A stretch of DNA of 45,113 nucleotides from Chiloscyllium plagiosum (lineage: Eukaryota): the NCBI RefSeq assembly GCF_004010195.1, contig NC_057751.1:17486435-17531547 (forward strand), written 5' to 3'. Positions 11,400-22,255 of this stretch are shown here, one piece after another. The notes beneath the pieces were generated by a model. It did not search any database. It saw only the letters and a program-made list of their open reading frames with translations, and was not told the DNA's origin. The position numbers and the translations under genes are program-made. Every line of letters begins with the position of its first letter. Position 1 is the first letter of the stretch.

Positions 11400-13960
11400 C
11401 GTGGATGCAGTATCCCATTCATGCTTTCTCTTCGTATCGCTGAATGTCTTTTGCCGTAATGGCCGCGTTCAGATCCATCTTCAATATATCTAATGAGTTG
11501 GGCTCAACAGTTTCCTGTGGGAGAGATTTCCACAGGTTTGCAACTCTCTGAGTGAAGTTGCTCTTTCTCATCACTGTTTTGACAGGATTAACCAGTATTC
11601 TAAGAATATGGCTGCTAGTTCTGAACCTTCAAGAACACCATTCCCGCATCTCGCCTATTCAGTCCCACCAAGAATTTACATTTTTATGATATCTACCCCA
11701 CCACCATCCTTCTATATTCCAGCGATTACAAGTCCAATCGATCCAACGTTTCTTCATATGTCAGTGCAGCCATTGTGGGTATCAGTTTTGTGAACCTGTG
11801 CTGTACTTAATTAACAGCGAGAATATCCTTCCTCAGACTCGAAGTACCAAACCGTCCACAATGCTCAAGGTGTGGTCTTACTAAGGTCCTGTGTAACAGC
11901 AGCAAGACATCCTTACGCCGAAGCTCAAATCCTTTTGTAATGTACGTCAGCAAATGTAACATCACATTTATCCACATTGTACTGCACTTGCCCACTCAAC
12001 CGGTTTGTCCAGGTTACCCTGAATGCTCTTAGCATCCTCCTCACAGTACACACTGCCGTCCAGTCTCGAGTTATTTGCAAACTTGGATTCATTGCATTCA
12101 ATTCCTTCATAGAAATCATTAATGCATATTGTGAACAACTGGGGTCCCAGCTCTGTGCCCCCCAGATACCGCTTGTCACTGCCAGCCAGTCTGAAAATGA
12201 TGGGCTAATTCTGATTCTCAGCTTCCTGTCGACCAACAAGTTCTATATCCATATGAATTCACTACTTTTGAAACATGAGTTTTAATTTTTTTCAATAAGC
12301 TCTTTTGTGCAAAATTGTCAAGAGCCTTTTGGAACTTCCGGTGTACAGTATTATCTCATTGGCCTTTGTCCACTCTTCTAGCCACACACTAAACTAATTG
12401 CATTACGTTTTTCAAGCATGATTTCCATTTAGTTTATACTGATTAGGACAACTTCTGTCACCGCTTTCCAAATCCTCAGTTACTGAATCCTTAATAATTG
12501 ACTCCAGCATTTCCCCCTTCATTTATGTCAGGTTAAGTGGCTTATACTTCTCCATTTTCACTCTTCACTCCCTGTTTCTTTTTTTAAAGAGTGGCGTTTC
12601 ATCAGTTACCCAGACTCAACTGGAAAGTTTCCAGAAAACAGAATGCAGAAAAATGATGACAATAGGTGCACTTGATCTAGAACAATTTCGTGAAGCACAT
12701 TGGCATTCGGAGCATCAGGCCAAGAGGATTGTGGGGTTTTAATCGCATTAGCTGCTACAGTTATGTTTCCCAATTAATAGGGATTACCGTTAGTTCCTAA
12801 TTCACGCTTGACACTCTATCCCCAAGCATTTCCTGGAAGTTATTTGTGTCTTCCTTAGTGAAGACAAATACAAAGTATTTGTTCAACTGCTCCATTACTC
12901 TGTTGTCCATAATGAATTCACATGATTCTAAATGTTAGGGATCTGCATTTGTCTTCAACAGTATTTCTCTCTTCATTTACCTATATAAGCTTTGACAGTC
13001 AGTTTTGATGTTTTCCACAAGCTTATATTTTATTTTCCTCGTCTGATGTCAGCCCTTTGTGCACCTCTGCTGAATTGTAAGTCTTTTCCAGTCCTCAGGT
13101 TTCCTGTTTTAGTTTCTGGACAATTCATGTACACCTTTTTGTCTTTACCACTATCCCTGACTTTTTTTTTGTTAGCCATGGTTGATTCACAGTCCCGATT
13201 TCACTCTTACACCAGGAAGATTTATCCAAATGGTGAGATCCATCCATGTATTCTTCGAATGCATGCCATGGCCTATCCAGCGTCAACCCTGTAAGTATGC
13301 TTAGTCACCTTCTGGCATCCAATGCATGCCTCATACCATTAAGTGTATCTTTCTTAAAGCTCAGGACCCGAGTTTCAGAATTTATGCAGTCACTCTCCAT
13401 CTTACTGAAGGATTCGACCATGTTTTATTCACACTTTTCCAAATGATTTCGCATCGTATTGTTTCGAATTAATCCTCTATTATTACACGTTGGCCAGTCC
13501 AGAATAACTAGATAATTCCTCATTAAAACCAAGGAAACCATTCCTGACATTTTCCAGGAAATTATCTTCCATTGCATTGCTACCAGTTTGGTTAACCATA
13601 TAATTATGCAGAGAGAAGCCACCATCAACTAGTGCTGTATCCCTTACAGCTTGCATCTCGAGTGTCCTGTTTGATAGAATCGGCAGACTTGCAACTGCTG
13701 TTTAGTGGTCAGTACAAAACTCCCACTAACGTCTTTTTACCATTGGCGCTCCACATCATCGTGGCTAATGTCCTCTCTTAAAATTGTGCAACACGACTTC
13801 ATTAGCAACTGAACCTACCATGTCCAGTTTCTTTCCATTTGTCTTTCCTAAAAATTGACAAGGCTTGACGTTGTGACCCAATCATTGGTCACTCTGGAGA
13901 TGGATTTCCGTGCTTCCAATTACATCATATCCATTACCTCATCCACATCATCACCAATGC
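11400..13960 (-). mobile_element. Old CR1 LINE, near-complete ORF2 (EN+RT), decayed
   Basis: GYDVIGSTE (~13930), TLVGVLY (~13720), RT motifs and LVRPHLEHC (ORF 11807..11995). Confidence 0.85.
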
Positions 13961-14070
13961 TCATCGCAGTCACAGACCCTTGAGCTCACTTGTTGTGGCA
14001 TTTATTATCCTTTTACAATCATGGTGTAATGAACGTAATACAATTAACTGAATTTAACAAATCAATGTAC

Positions 14071-15186
14071 TATCAGACAACTTGAAGTATCCCGACTTTA
14101 GATGCAATATACACTTGCGCATTCATTCATTCACAAATAAGGAGAAGTTTGACGCAAGCATTGTCCTTGCGAGAAAAAATAGGACAGAAGGAAGATAATT
14201 CTGCACGGAGTGGTCAAGTTTGCAAGGATGGGTTATTTTTTTCTATTCTTCTGACTTTAGCAACGATATTTCTTACCATGATGGTTGTTCTTTGAAGCGA
14301 CAGCAGCACAGTTGGAAGTACGACTTCACTTGCATTCGGAATGTTTCTATAAATTTTGCTGTTCTAGATCTCATTCTCCACTCCCATCGAGAAGCATGTT
14401 TTCTGCTGGACAGCCACTCTGCTCCCGTAATCGGTAGCAATGCACAGCTCGATCAGTCTGAGTGCTCTTGTCAGACATATTTCTCTCAATCAGAACCCCT
14501 GTTTATTCTCAACAATGTCGTAACCTCACTCCTCTCAATGCAATGTTAATTTGAATCCTATTGGAGACTACCTGATCTCATGCACCAGTAAACCGATTTT
14601 CCCCAGACCCCTAACTCTACCTCGTCCCAATTGCAAAAGTGGGTATGAGGATTGCAACACCTTGGACGATACGTTTTCGATGAGGACTGCTAAGGCAACT
14701 TTCCAGCTGCGTCATCAACTCCCATTCTTCTGAGACCTGATGGATGTGAGTTGTGAAGGGTTTCTCCACATGCGTCTCTCCATGATACTTTCTTAGAACA
14801 CTGGATGTGTGACATTGGCGTTCACCAAACCAAACATGAATGCCGCTGTAGGAAATGGAGATATTGCTTTTCAGAGTCGAACAATATCTTGATTTCGCCA
14901 CATGCAAAGTCCGATCAAGTGGAGCTTGGGCGAGCTGTATTTCTTCCAGTTATTTTGATGTTTTGTTGTGTTAGCTTTTAAAGTGTTAACACTCTCTGCT
15001 CTTTCGGCTACAGTGCTTTGTTCAAATGAGGTAACTTAGGCGAGTGCAGGAAGAGTTTGGAATCTGTAAATAGTCAGACCCAACATCTGTTCTTCCCCAA
15101 TGCCCATGTACCAATGTCTGGCACCTCTCTTTAACTTGAAGCCAGTTGCGATTGTGCACAAACATTCCTTCAGAGCCAAGTGGCTT
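14071..15186 (-). pseudogene. Pseudo-exons 11-14
   Basis: KPLGSEGMFVHNRNWLQVKE(RCQTLVHGHWGRTDVG) | GIHVWFG...IPTFAIGTR | ALRLIELCIATDYGSRVAVQQKTCFSMGVENEI*NSKIYRNIPNASEVVLPTVLLSLQRTTIM | DNACVKLLLICE*MNAQVYIASKVGILQVV*. Strong acceptors (TTTTTCAG, CCATTTCCTACAG, TTTTTTCTCGCAAG) and donor ATG|GTAAGA. The exon-11 donor is ambiguous (15080 or 15125, both phase 2). Confidence 0.7.
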
Positions 15187-15479
15187 CTGAAAAACATAAA
15201 CAGCAAAGAAGGTGTTTGTATCAGAGTTTGATGAAGTTTAATATGACATGGTCAGCAATTGTGCAAACGGACTGTAAAACACATCGTGTCTCAGTGAACC
15301 CAGTGCATTGCTAATCTTCAGGACACGCCTAGAGGCGAGGACGACCCAAGGTGTCCATGCAATGCGTGACCATGTCAGAAGAGAGAACACAGAGTTATCT
15401 GACTCCAGGCTTGATCAGGAAGCATTCTGATTTCCACTCCTCTATTGCAAGCATACAAGAGTAGTTCGCTTATGCAGTA

Positions 15480-16416
15480 CAGAGAAACCTCGATTACATG
15501 AACGAGATGGTCGGGAAGTATTACGTTTGGACAATTGATTATTTGCTAATTAATTCAATGCCTTACCTGTGGGGCTTGGAGTCTTCTGTTAAGTCCGCTC
15601 CATGTAGGAGACGAGGCAGCAGCACAACACGCGCGAGATCCTGGCCCCACCAGAACCCCATCATTCCCCGCTCCCCAACCCCGTCTGAAACCGTCCCCCC
15701 ATTAGGCCACAACACTGCCCGCCCGCCAAACCCGTCTAAATCTGCCCTAACCCCGTACATCACCGCCCCAATGCGCCCTAACCCCGCCCACCTCCGATCC
15801 CATCCAACACCACCTGCCCTCTCCCCAACCCTCGCCCGCTTCCCAACCCGGTCCAACACTGACCCCCCTACCCGCCACATCACCAACCCTGTCCAACACT
15901 GCCCCGTTCACCCCGACCTACCTCCGTCCACAACCCTGTCCATCCTCGCCCCCTCTCTGGTGTTGCCCAACTGCACACCAACAACAAGACTGCTGCTTCT
16001 TTTGCTGTCTTTTGGGGGTGTGGGGTGAGTCTCCAAATAGCGTGCACACACACCCGCGCACACAACTTCTTACTGCATCTTTTTGACATGTTCCACCATT
16101 CCCCTGTTGGAGAGATAATCTGGTGAAGGGGGATTTAGGGTTCACCTCCTGTAGAACACCAGGTAATATGTGAGGGGAGAGGGAGAGAGGGCGGCAGGCC
16201 AGTCATTTGGAGACAAACCTGGGGTCCCACTGATGTGCAGGACTGTTCTTGGTAGCATTTCAGTTCGCCGAGTTCACTTTTAATCATTGTAAACAGAAGA
16301 TGCGATCAGTGTTTGATACAGGTCTGAGATGCAATGTTTCTATCGGGTACCTGAAAGTCTCCTTCGGATAATTCAATATTTGCATAATTGATATTCGGAT
16401 AATCAAGATTCCTCGA
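15480..16416. mobile_element. Non-autonomous Tc1/mariner (pogo/Tigger-like) DNA transposon / MITE
   Basis: TA at 15478-79 and 16417-18. Left end TACAGAGAAACCTCGATTACATGAA vs reverse complement of right end TATCGAGGAATCTTGATTATCCGAA (17/25). Subterminal TTCGGATAAT-like repeats; no transposase ORF. Confidence 0.8.
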
Positions 16417-16799
16417 TATTTGATATCCTGTCAAAGGCACACGAGGTAGTTGCCTGTGCCTTGTGCAGAGTGGTCACCCCAATAAGCTGTCTGTCCAAGA
16501 AGTTGAAGGAACTGCTTAGGAAGGTCACAAGTACTCTAGACCTGACATTACTTGAATGTCGAAAATTGATTCATTTCAGATAGCTGTGAGGTGATCCCAC
16601 TGAACAGAAAAAAAAAATCAATCACATATATGATGACTGGTAGATCAATTGTAAACACTAAGGTTCAGAGGACTTTGCATGTACGTCTGCTCAGACCATG
16701 GAAATACTTCCACGGGGGAAGAGACTGGTTTGCAAAGTAATCACGATACTTATATCTATTAGCTGAGGAACAGAGTTAATATTGATGCTTGAACTGACA

Positions 16800-17450
16800 G
16801 TCATTTTGGTTAGGCCACATGGCCCGAGGATTGTATACAATTTTAATTTCCATATGGCAGGGCAGATGCAACAGCACTGGAGACGATGCAAAGGAGATTT
16901 TCCAGGATGTTGCCTGGGCTAGTGATTTTGTTGTGACGAGAAATTGGAGAAATTGCTGCTGTTTTCTTCGCAAAATTGGATCCTGAGAGTTGGGGCATTA
17001 GTAAGATACATACAGTTAGAATGTTCATTAATAGGGGAGAAGGTAGAAACGTTTTTCTTCATAATATTGTGCAGTTACATTGGCCACAGGTTTGTGGAGA
17101 GGCGAGGGCATTTAGAGAAGACATGATAAATTGCTTTAGATAATACAAGATACAACGTTACAACTCGATGTTGCGCCGACCCGTTGCAGGATTCTGAACC
17201 CTATCCATCCTATACTGTTCCATTTTCATCGATATATCTATCCAATGACCGCTTAAATGTCATTAAAATTGGCGAGTCTACAAGTGTTGCCGGCAGTGCA
17301 TTTCACGTCCCTACTACACTCTGAGAAAATAAACTACCTCTGTAGTTTTCACGCAGAGTGTTGGGAATCTGAAACCCTCTGCTGTTAGTGTTGCAGAGGC
17401 ATAAACTTTCGAGTAGAAGTATTTTGATATGCACCTGAAATAGTTAACTT
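16800..17450. mobile_element. Nested CR1 3' fragments (+ copy interrupted by a - copy at ~17140-17345)
   Basis: gttaggccaca...ggatgttgcctgggct on +; antisense tail resembling 6490-6660. Confidence 0.65.
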
Positions 17451-17539
17451 ATTGCTTTTGCCCGACACTGTCTGAAATAGTTAATTTATTGTTTCTTTAG
17501 TGTTGCTTTTCGTTCTTCTCTGAAGCTCTGTTAAATCAT

Positions 17540-18000
17540 TTGGCAGAACAGAAACGGAATAGCTCGGCCACCTTCAGTCATTTCCAAAATTAAAGATGCC
17601 AGGCTTCATGCCTCGATTCACTCCATGCGATATAAAAGAATGTTTGGAGGCGTTGATGATTTCTCTCGAGAACACCTTGTACATAAAGTGCACGACAAGT
17701 CCAATCTGTCAAATTACCGCCCCAAAAGTTGACTTTCGATCATTAATAAAGCCATGGAAGGCGTAATCGAAAGTGATGTCAAGCAGAACCGGTTCAGTAG
17801 TAATCTGACCATTGACGTCCAGTTTAGGTTCCGCTAGGAACATTCGGCTCTTGAGCTTAATGACAGCCTTAGTTCAAACATGGGCCAAAGCTAAATTCTG
17901 GAGGTGAGCTGAAAGTGACAGCCCTGGAATTCAAGGCCGCATTGGTGTCGCATCAAGGAGCCCTAACAAAGCTGGGAGCAATAGTTATCTGGAGTTAACG
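17540..18000 (+). mobile_element. CR1/L2-group LINE RT remnant (second family)
   Basis: NYRPK, QFRFR and ALEFKAA (degenerate ALDIKAAFD), HQGAL. Confidence 0.7.
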
Positions 18001-18059
18001 CATCTGTTTTGGTTGAATTGGAATAAGAGACATTCTTGGCCGATATCCAGGAGATTATG

Positions 18060-18990
18060 CGCTCTGGGACGTCCACCTGCAACTGATTTGGGACAGTTGA
18101 ATTGCTGAGTAACATTCAAATCAGAGGTAATCCAAATAAATGTCTGGGCAAATGGTCACCCAATTCTAACGGAGGTCTATACTGGTGTAGCTGTAAACAT
18201 AATTGCAAAACTAATCTTACACGCAAATTCATTCTGGTCTCCAACATTTACACCTGTATAAGACTTAGTCAAGGCTAAGAATCCATAACGGGGAAGCCCA
18301 ACAGATGAAATGTTCAACTTTGGTTCTGGTCTCTTCTGAGAGCAGCTGACGTGGTTACCACTCATCGAAGAAAAGGCTCAGGCCCAAGATTGATAGAGCG
18401 AAATTGATTGAAATAGATTGAAGTTGATCGTTTCAACATGTTTCAAATGGAAAGTGGCTACCGAACTGAAATCCTCGTGGAATACACAGAAGCGTTTCAG
18501 GAAATCTATGGACTCTCAAAAGGCCAAGGCCACAATCCACATTGAACAAGGAACAATTTCACGATTTTGCAAGTTTTGCCCAGTGTAATTTGCCTCCTCT
18601 GCAAAATTAGATGCCGAAATTTAGAATTTAGAAAGAGGAAGAATGATGAAACCAGTACGTTTTGCGGAAAGGGTAGGACCTGTCACACTGATTCCAAATT
18701 AACACTGGTCGGTTCGCTTTTGTGGGGATTTTAATCAAATGGTGAACGGCTTTTCAGCGCTGGATAAATGTTCAACCCACTTGCACAATGGACTTCTATG
18801 CAAAATTGGCGGAATGTGGGCAGGAAGTGTGGCGGGCTGTCCTTTACAATGCTAGACTTGAGCCGTAAGTACCTACAATCACAATTATATGTGGATTCCC
18901 AGAGTTACGTTGCAATTAATACCAGTAAGGGTTTGTACCAACGGACGAGACTGTCTTTTTGGATATCATCAAACAGTGCCATTTTCGAGT
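18060..18990 (+). mobile_element. Gypsy LTR-retrotransposon pol remnant (protease and RT)
   Basis: NGHPILTEVYTGVAV (protease), LDLSRKYLQ and INTSKGLYQRTRLSF (RT). Confidence 0.85.
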
Positions 18991-18991
18991 A

Positions 18992-19278
18992 GGAGAAAGT
19001 GAGGACTGCAGATGCTGGAGAACGGAGTTAACAGTGTGTTGCTGGAAAAACACAGCAGGCCAGGCAGCTTCAGAGGAGCAGGGGAATCGACGTTTTGGGC
19101 ATGAGTCCTTTATCGGGAATGCCCTTGTTGACCGTTATTAAATATCGTGTAAAAGATTGGCCAGGAAAGCTCGACTATCCTCCCATTTCCTGATGAAGGG
19201 CTTATGCCTAAAACGTTGGTTCTTTTGCTCCTTGGATGCTGCCTGACCTGCTGCACCTTTCTAGTATCACGCTCTCGC
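18992..19278. mobile_element. Inverted pair of Penelope pLTR-derived short elements with decayed hammerhead motifs
   Basis: 18992-19120 (-) and ~19186-19278 (+) are reverse complements of each other around a ~65-bp spacer. Confidence 0.8.
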
Positions 19279-19291
19279 CGGTGTCACTTAC

Positions 19292-20610
19292 GAGAAAATA
19301 GTGGAGGATCAGATTCCATCCAATAAATCACAGTTTTTGAGCAGTGCTGGTGTCTAATGTACGCTTGGCTTTTGATTTCAACGTGAGGTGTTGTATTCAC
19401 CATGCACAACAGTGGGCAGGATAGGGATCATAGAAAATATCATTCAGAAATTCTTGTAAGCTCTGAATTCATCAGACTTGAGTTCAACGAGCGGGAATTT
19501 CCAGCCAGTCCAGCCAATGATATGAGATTGGAAACAAACTTGCTTCTATGCTTATACGTATTCCATAAATGTTAACAGTTGGCTTCACCTTTAACTCGTA
19601 TAGTTGGTTTTTAGTTTATATCCCAGATTTGATTCAGAGAGTCACTGATTTGCAAACAAAGCCAGAGTGACGTAACGATAAATGTTCTCACTCAGCAAGT
19701 TGTTAGGTGCTGGAATGCATAGCCTGGGAAAGTAAAAGTAGACAAAAATACAAGAAAGAGTCGCCTACTCAGCCTTTCAAATCTGCTCTGCCATTTAATA
19801 AGATCATAGCCAATCTTCTTTGAAGCTAAACTCTCCATTCCTGTATTCCCCTTGATCATTTTTCACCCCATTGATAAGCAAGCATCTGTCCACCACTGAC
19901 TTAAAATATATAACAATTCTGTGTATAGTCTCTTTTGACAAAGGACGTTCCAGACATAGTAAAGGAATCATAAAAACAAAAAAAAAATCCTCATTTCTTC
20001 TTTAAATGTGTGCACCATCACTTTTTATACAATTGGCACTAGTTCTATATTCTGTCACAAACAGAAACATCTATTCCACATCCACCAACTCACGACTACT
20101 CAGGATCTTACACATTTCAGTTCAGCCATCTCCAGTTCTTCTAAACTGTGGACGATACAGATCAAGCCTGAATGGCATTTCCTCATAATGTTGAATTGTA
20201 TTAAAATTAGCCGGGATCTGCTCGAGCAGACATTAGAAGCGTGACAAAAATTCCAACAACTTGATATGACAACAATTAGATTTTATTGACAATAGTTCTG
20301 CAGCAGTCTGGCGAAAACTTGCAAAGGAAGTTGATACCAATAGTCCTGAATTTCTTTTACGAGTTACAGGCTTTACAGAGAGAAAGGCAAGAATTTTCTC
20401 CTTAATTTCTGTGTGCTATTGTTATATTTTATCCTTAGATATTCGTCATTCGCAAGGCCAATACATTAAATATTGACCTGCGTTATCCTACTGACTTTCC
20501 AAAATGTCAAGGTAAACACGTTATTGATGATCTTTGTTTTTGCATATAAATGTTATGTTTCGACTGAAAGTAGTACTTCAACACATGTGCGGAACCGTTT
20601 GAAATTAAGG
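19292..20610 (-). pseudogene. Pseudo-exons 8-10
   Basis: LNFKRFRTCVEVLLSVET*HLYAKTKIINNVFTLTFWKVSRITQ | PVTRKRNSGLLVSTSFASFRQTAAELLSIKSNCCHIKLLEFLSRF*CLLEQIP | VTL*IKSGI*TKNQLYELKVKPTVNIYGIRISIEASLFPISYHWLDWLEIPAR*TQV**IQSLQEFLNDIFYDPYPAHCCAW*IQHLTLKSKAKRTLDTSTAQKL*FIGWNLILHYFL. Acceptor CCTTTCTCTCTGTAAAG, donor CTC|GTAAGT; the exon-9 donor is CT instead of GT. Confidence 0.72.
19740..20195 (-). mobile_element. CR1 3' end in a pseudogene intron
   Basis: Antisense CR1 tail (ctgccatttaataagatcatagc...). Confidence 0.65.
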
Positions 20611-21649
20611 CTTGCCAAAGTTAGTGAATTCAGCCTGGGTCATGTTTGCTCAGTTAAACACTATTTCTGACCTTCGCCATATTCCTTTAAATTTGCTGTG
20701 TTATCAACCTGGAGTTCGCCAATTTTCCCAACACTTTCACCCAATTTTCCCATCAGGCAATTTGACTGTTTCCCACAATACCACAATAAGGCTATCCGTT
20801 CATTCCAACAATTACTGCAGTGCATTTTCTCTGCACTGCTTCCAATGCAGTACTGCAAACCATTACGTGCACAGCACTCCAGATACAGTCACACCATTGT
20901 TCTGTTTAACTGAAGCATGACTTTCCTACACCTGATTTTACATGTGCTGGATACGTGTTCAATTGAGCCTTTTGAGAGCGCATTTGAAGGTTATTTTGAA
21001 GGTTATTGTTTACAGAGCAAAGGCAAGAGATCGGCAAGTTAGAATTGGACCATTGCAAGTAATATAGGGTCCCTTCTGCACTATTTTAATGTTGATTCTC
21101 TAATCAGTGAGGAACTGATCGACACGGAGAAATTGGAAATGCAAATGTGTGACTGCTAGTTTAGATTGTAAATGATCTTTTTGTTCTGAAGCTTGATTGA
21201 ACATTTTGGGTGTCAGTTCGAAATGGAATTCCGTGAATCATAGATTGTTTTACCGTTCCAACTTCTAGTAATGCATGATCAAGAAACCGACTTACCTGGA
21301 AGCTTACTTCTGTTCAGAATTTGATAAAGTTACAACCATTACCGGCATTTTGTCCGGACTAGTGTGTTTCAGTTATAAAGATAGATTGGACAGACAGGGC
21401 TTGTTTTCCCTGCAGCAGAGGAGACTGAAGAGGAATAACGGTAAGGTATATAAAATAATGAGTTTCGCAGAAAGGTTAGGCTGGATTTAATTTTCCCTTT
21501 TTGAAAGGATCAAGGACCAGGGATGTCAGCGAGCACACTGAAACAAATGACGATATGCAATGGAGGTGCAGCTAATTGAACTTTACTCAGAGATATGTCT
21601 GCCTGTGTCCGTTCTGTGTTTGTGAATATGATCGGCTGGCTAGGTGTCG

Positions 21650-21905
21650 GGAGTGTTTCTGAAGCGAGTCTCTTTGTTCTCTCTTTAGGGCATGCCTGGC
21701 TAACTTGTAACTCTCAAGTGCCATAACTGAGTCTTCATGTCTCATGCTAACATACGCCTTCTTTTTCCTCTGGACAAGAGATTCAATTTCTTTGCTCAAC
21801 CACGACTCCCTCGCTCGACCACTTCCTCTATGTCTGCCATATACTTATCAAGGGCATGCAGTAACTGTTCGTTGAATAATCTCCGCATTTCACTTGTGCC
21901 CATCC
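21650..21905 (-). mobile_element. CR1 ORF2 linker fragment
   Basis: KEIESLVQRKKKAYV...LESYKLAR; homologous to 9500-9640. Confidence 0.75.
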
Positions 21906-22255
21906 AATAGGAAAATCAAAATGAACTTCAATATTACTTACCACCACCTGAAGAGATATGTTGGAATCATCTTAGAAGTACTAAACTGAATTATGTAGTA
22001 ATGGGAAATGCTGTTCGTGCTCAGCAACATCCTTCCAGTCCAAACCAATTAATACTGACACAACTTCAAAAAGAGATTGAAAGCACGCTGAGTGATTACT
22101 TAATCGAAGTAAGTTGTCGTGAATGGTGCTCACGCATTGTGATGGTATCAAAAACAAATGGTTCCCAACGATTCCATGTGGACTGTTCATGTAATTGAAT
22201 GCAGTCACGTAACATAATATATACCTATGCTAGCATTTGAATAATGCGTTGAAAC
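21905..22255 (+). mobile_element. Gypsy RT N-terminal part (left half of an element split by CR1)
   Basis: QQHP...LQKEIE...WCSRIVMVSKTNGSQRFHVD. Confidence 0.8.

Noticed and set aside
14621..14845. EEWELMTQLE read as a hAT transposase or kinase motif
   Set aside because: No other motifs of either family; the segment fits the spliced exon chain.
15740..15790. CCCTAACCC telomere-like motifs
   Set aside because: Two isolated occurrences in C-rich sequence, not an array.
15498..16028. 176-aa Pro-rich ORF and its antisense Gly/Arg-rich ORF
   Set aside because: By-product of the C-rich low-complexity MITE interior.
19292..19644. Many in-frame TGA codons as a sign of a selenoprotein or stop recoding
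   Set aside because: TAA and TAG stops and broken splice sites also occur, and contexts fit Arg; CpG decay is simpler.
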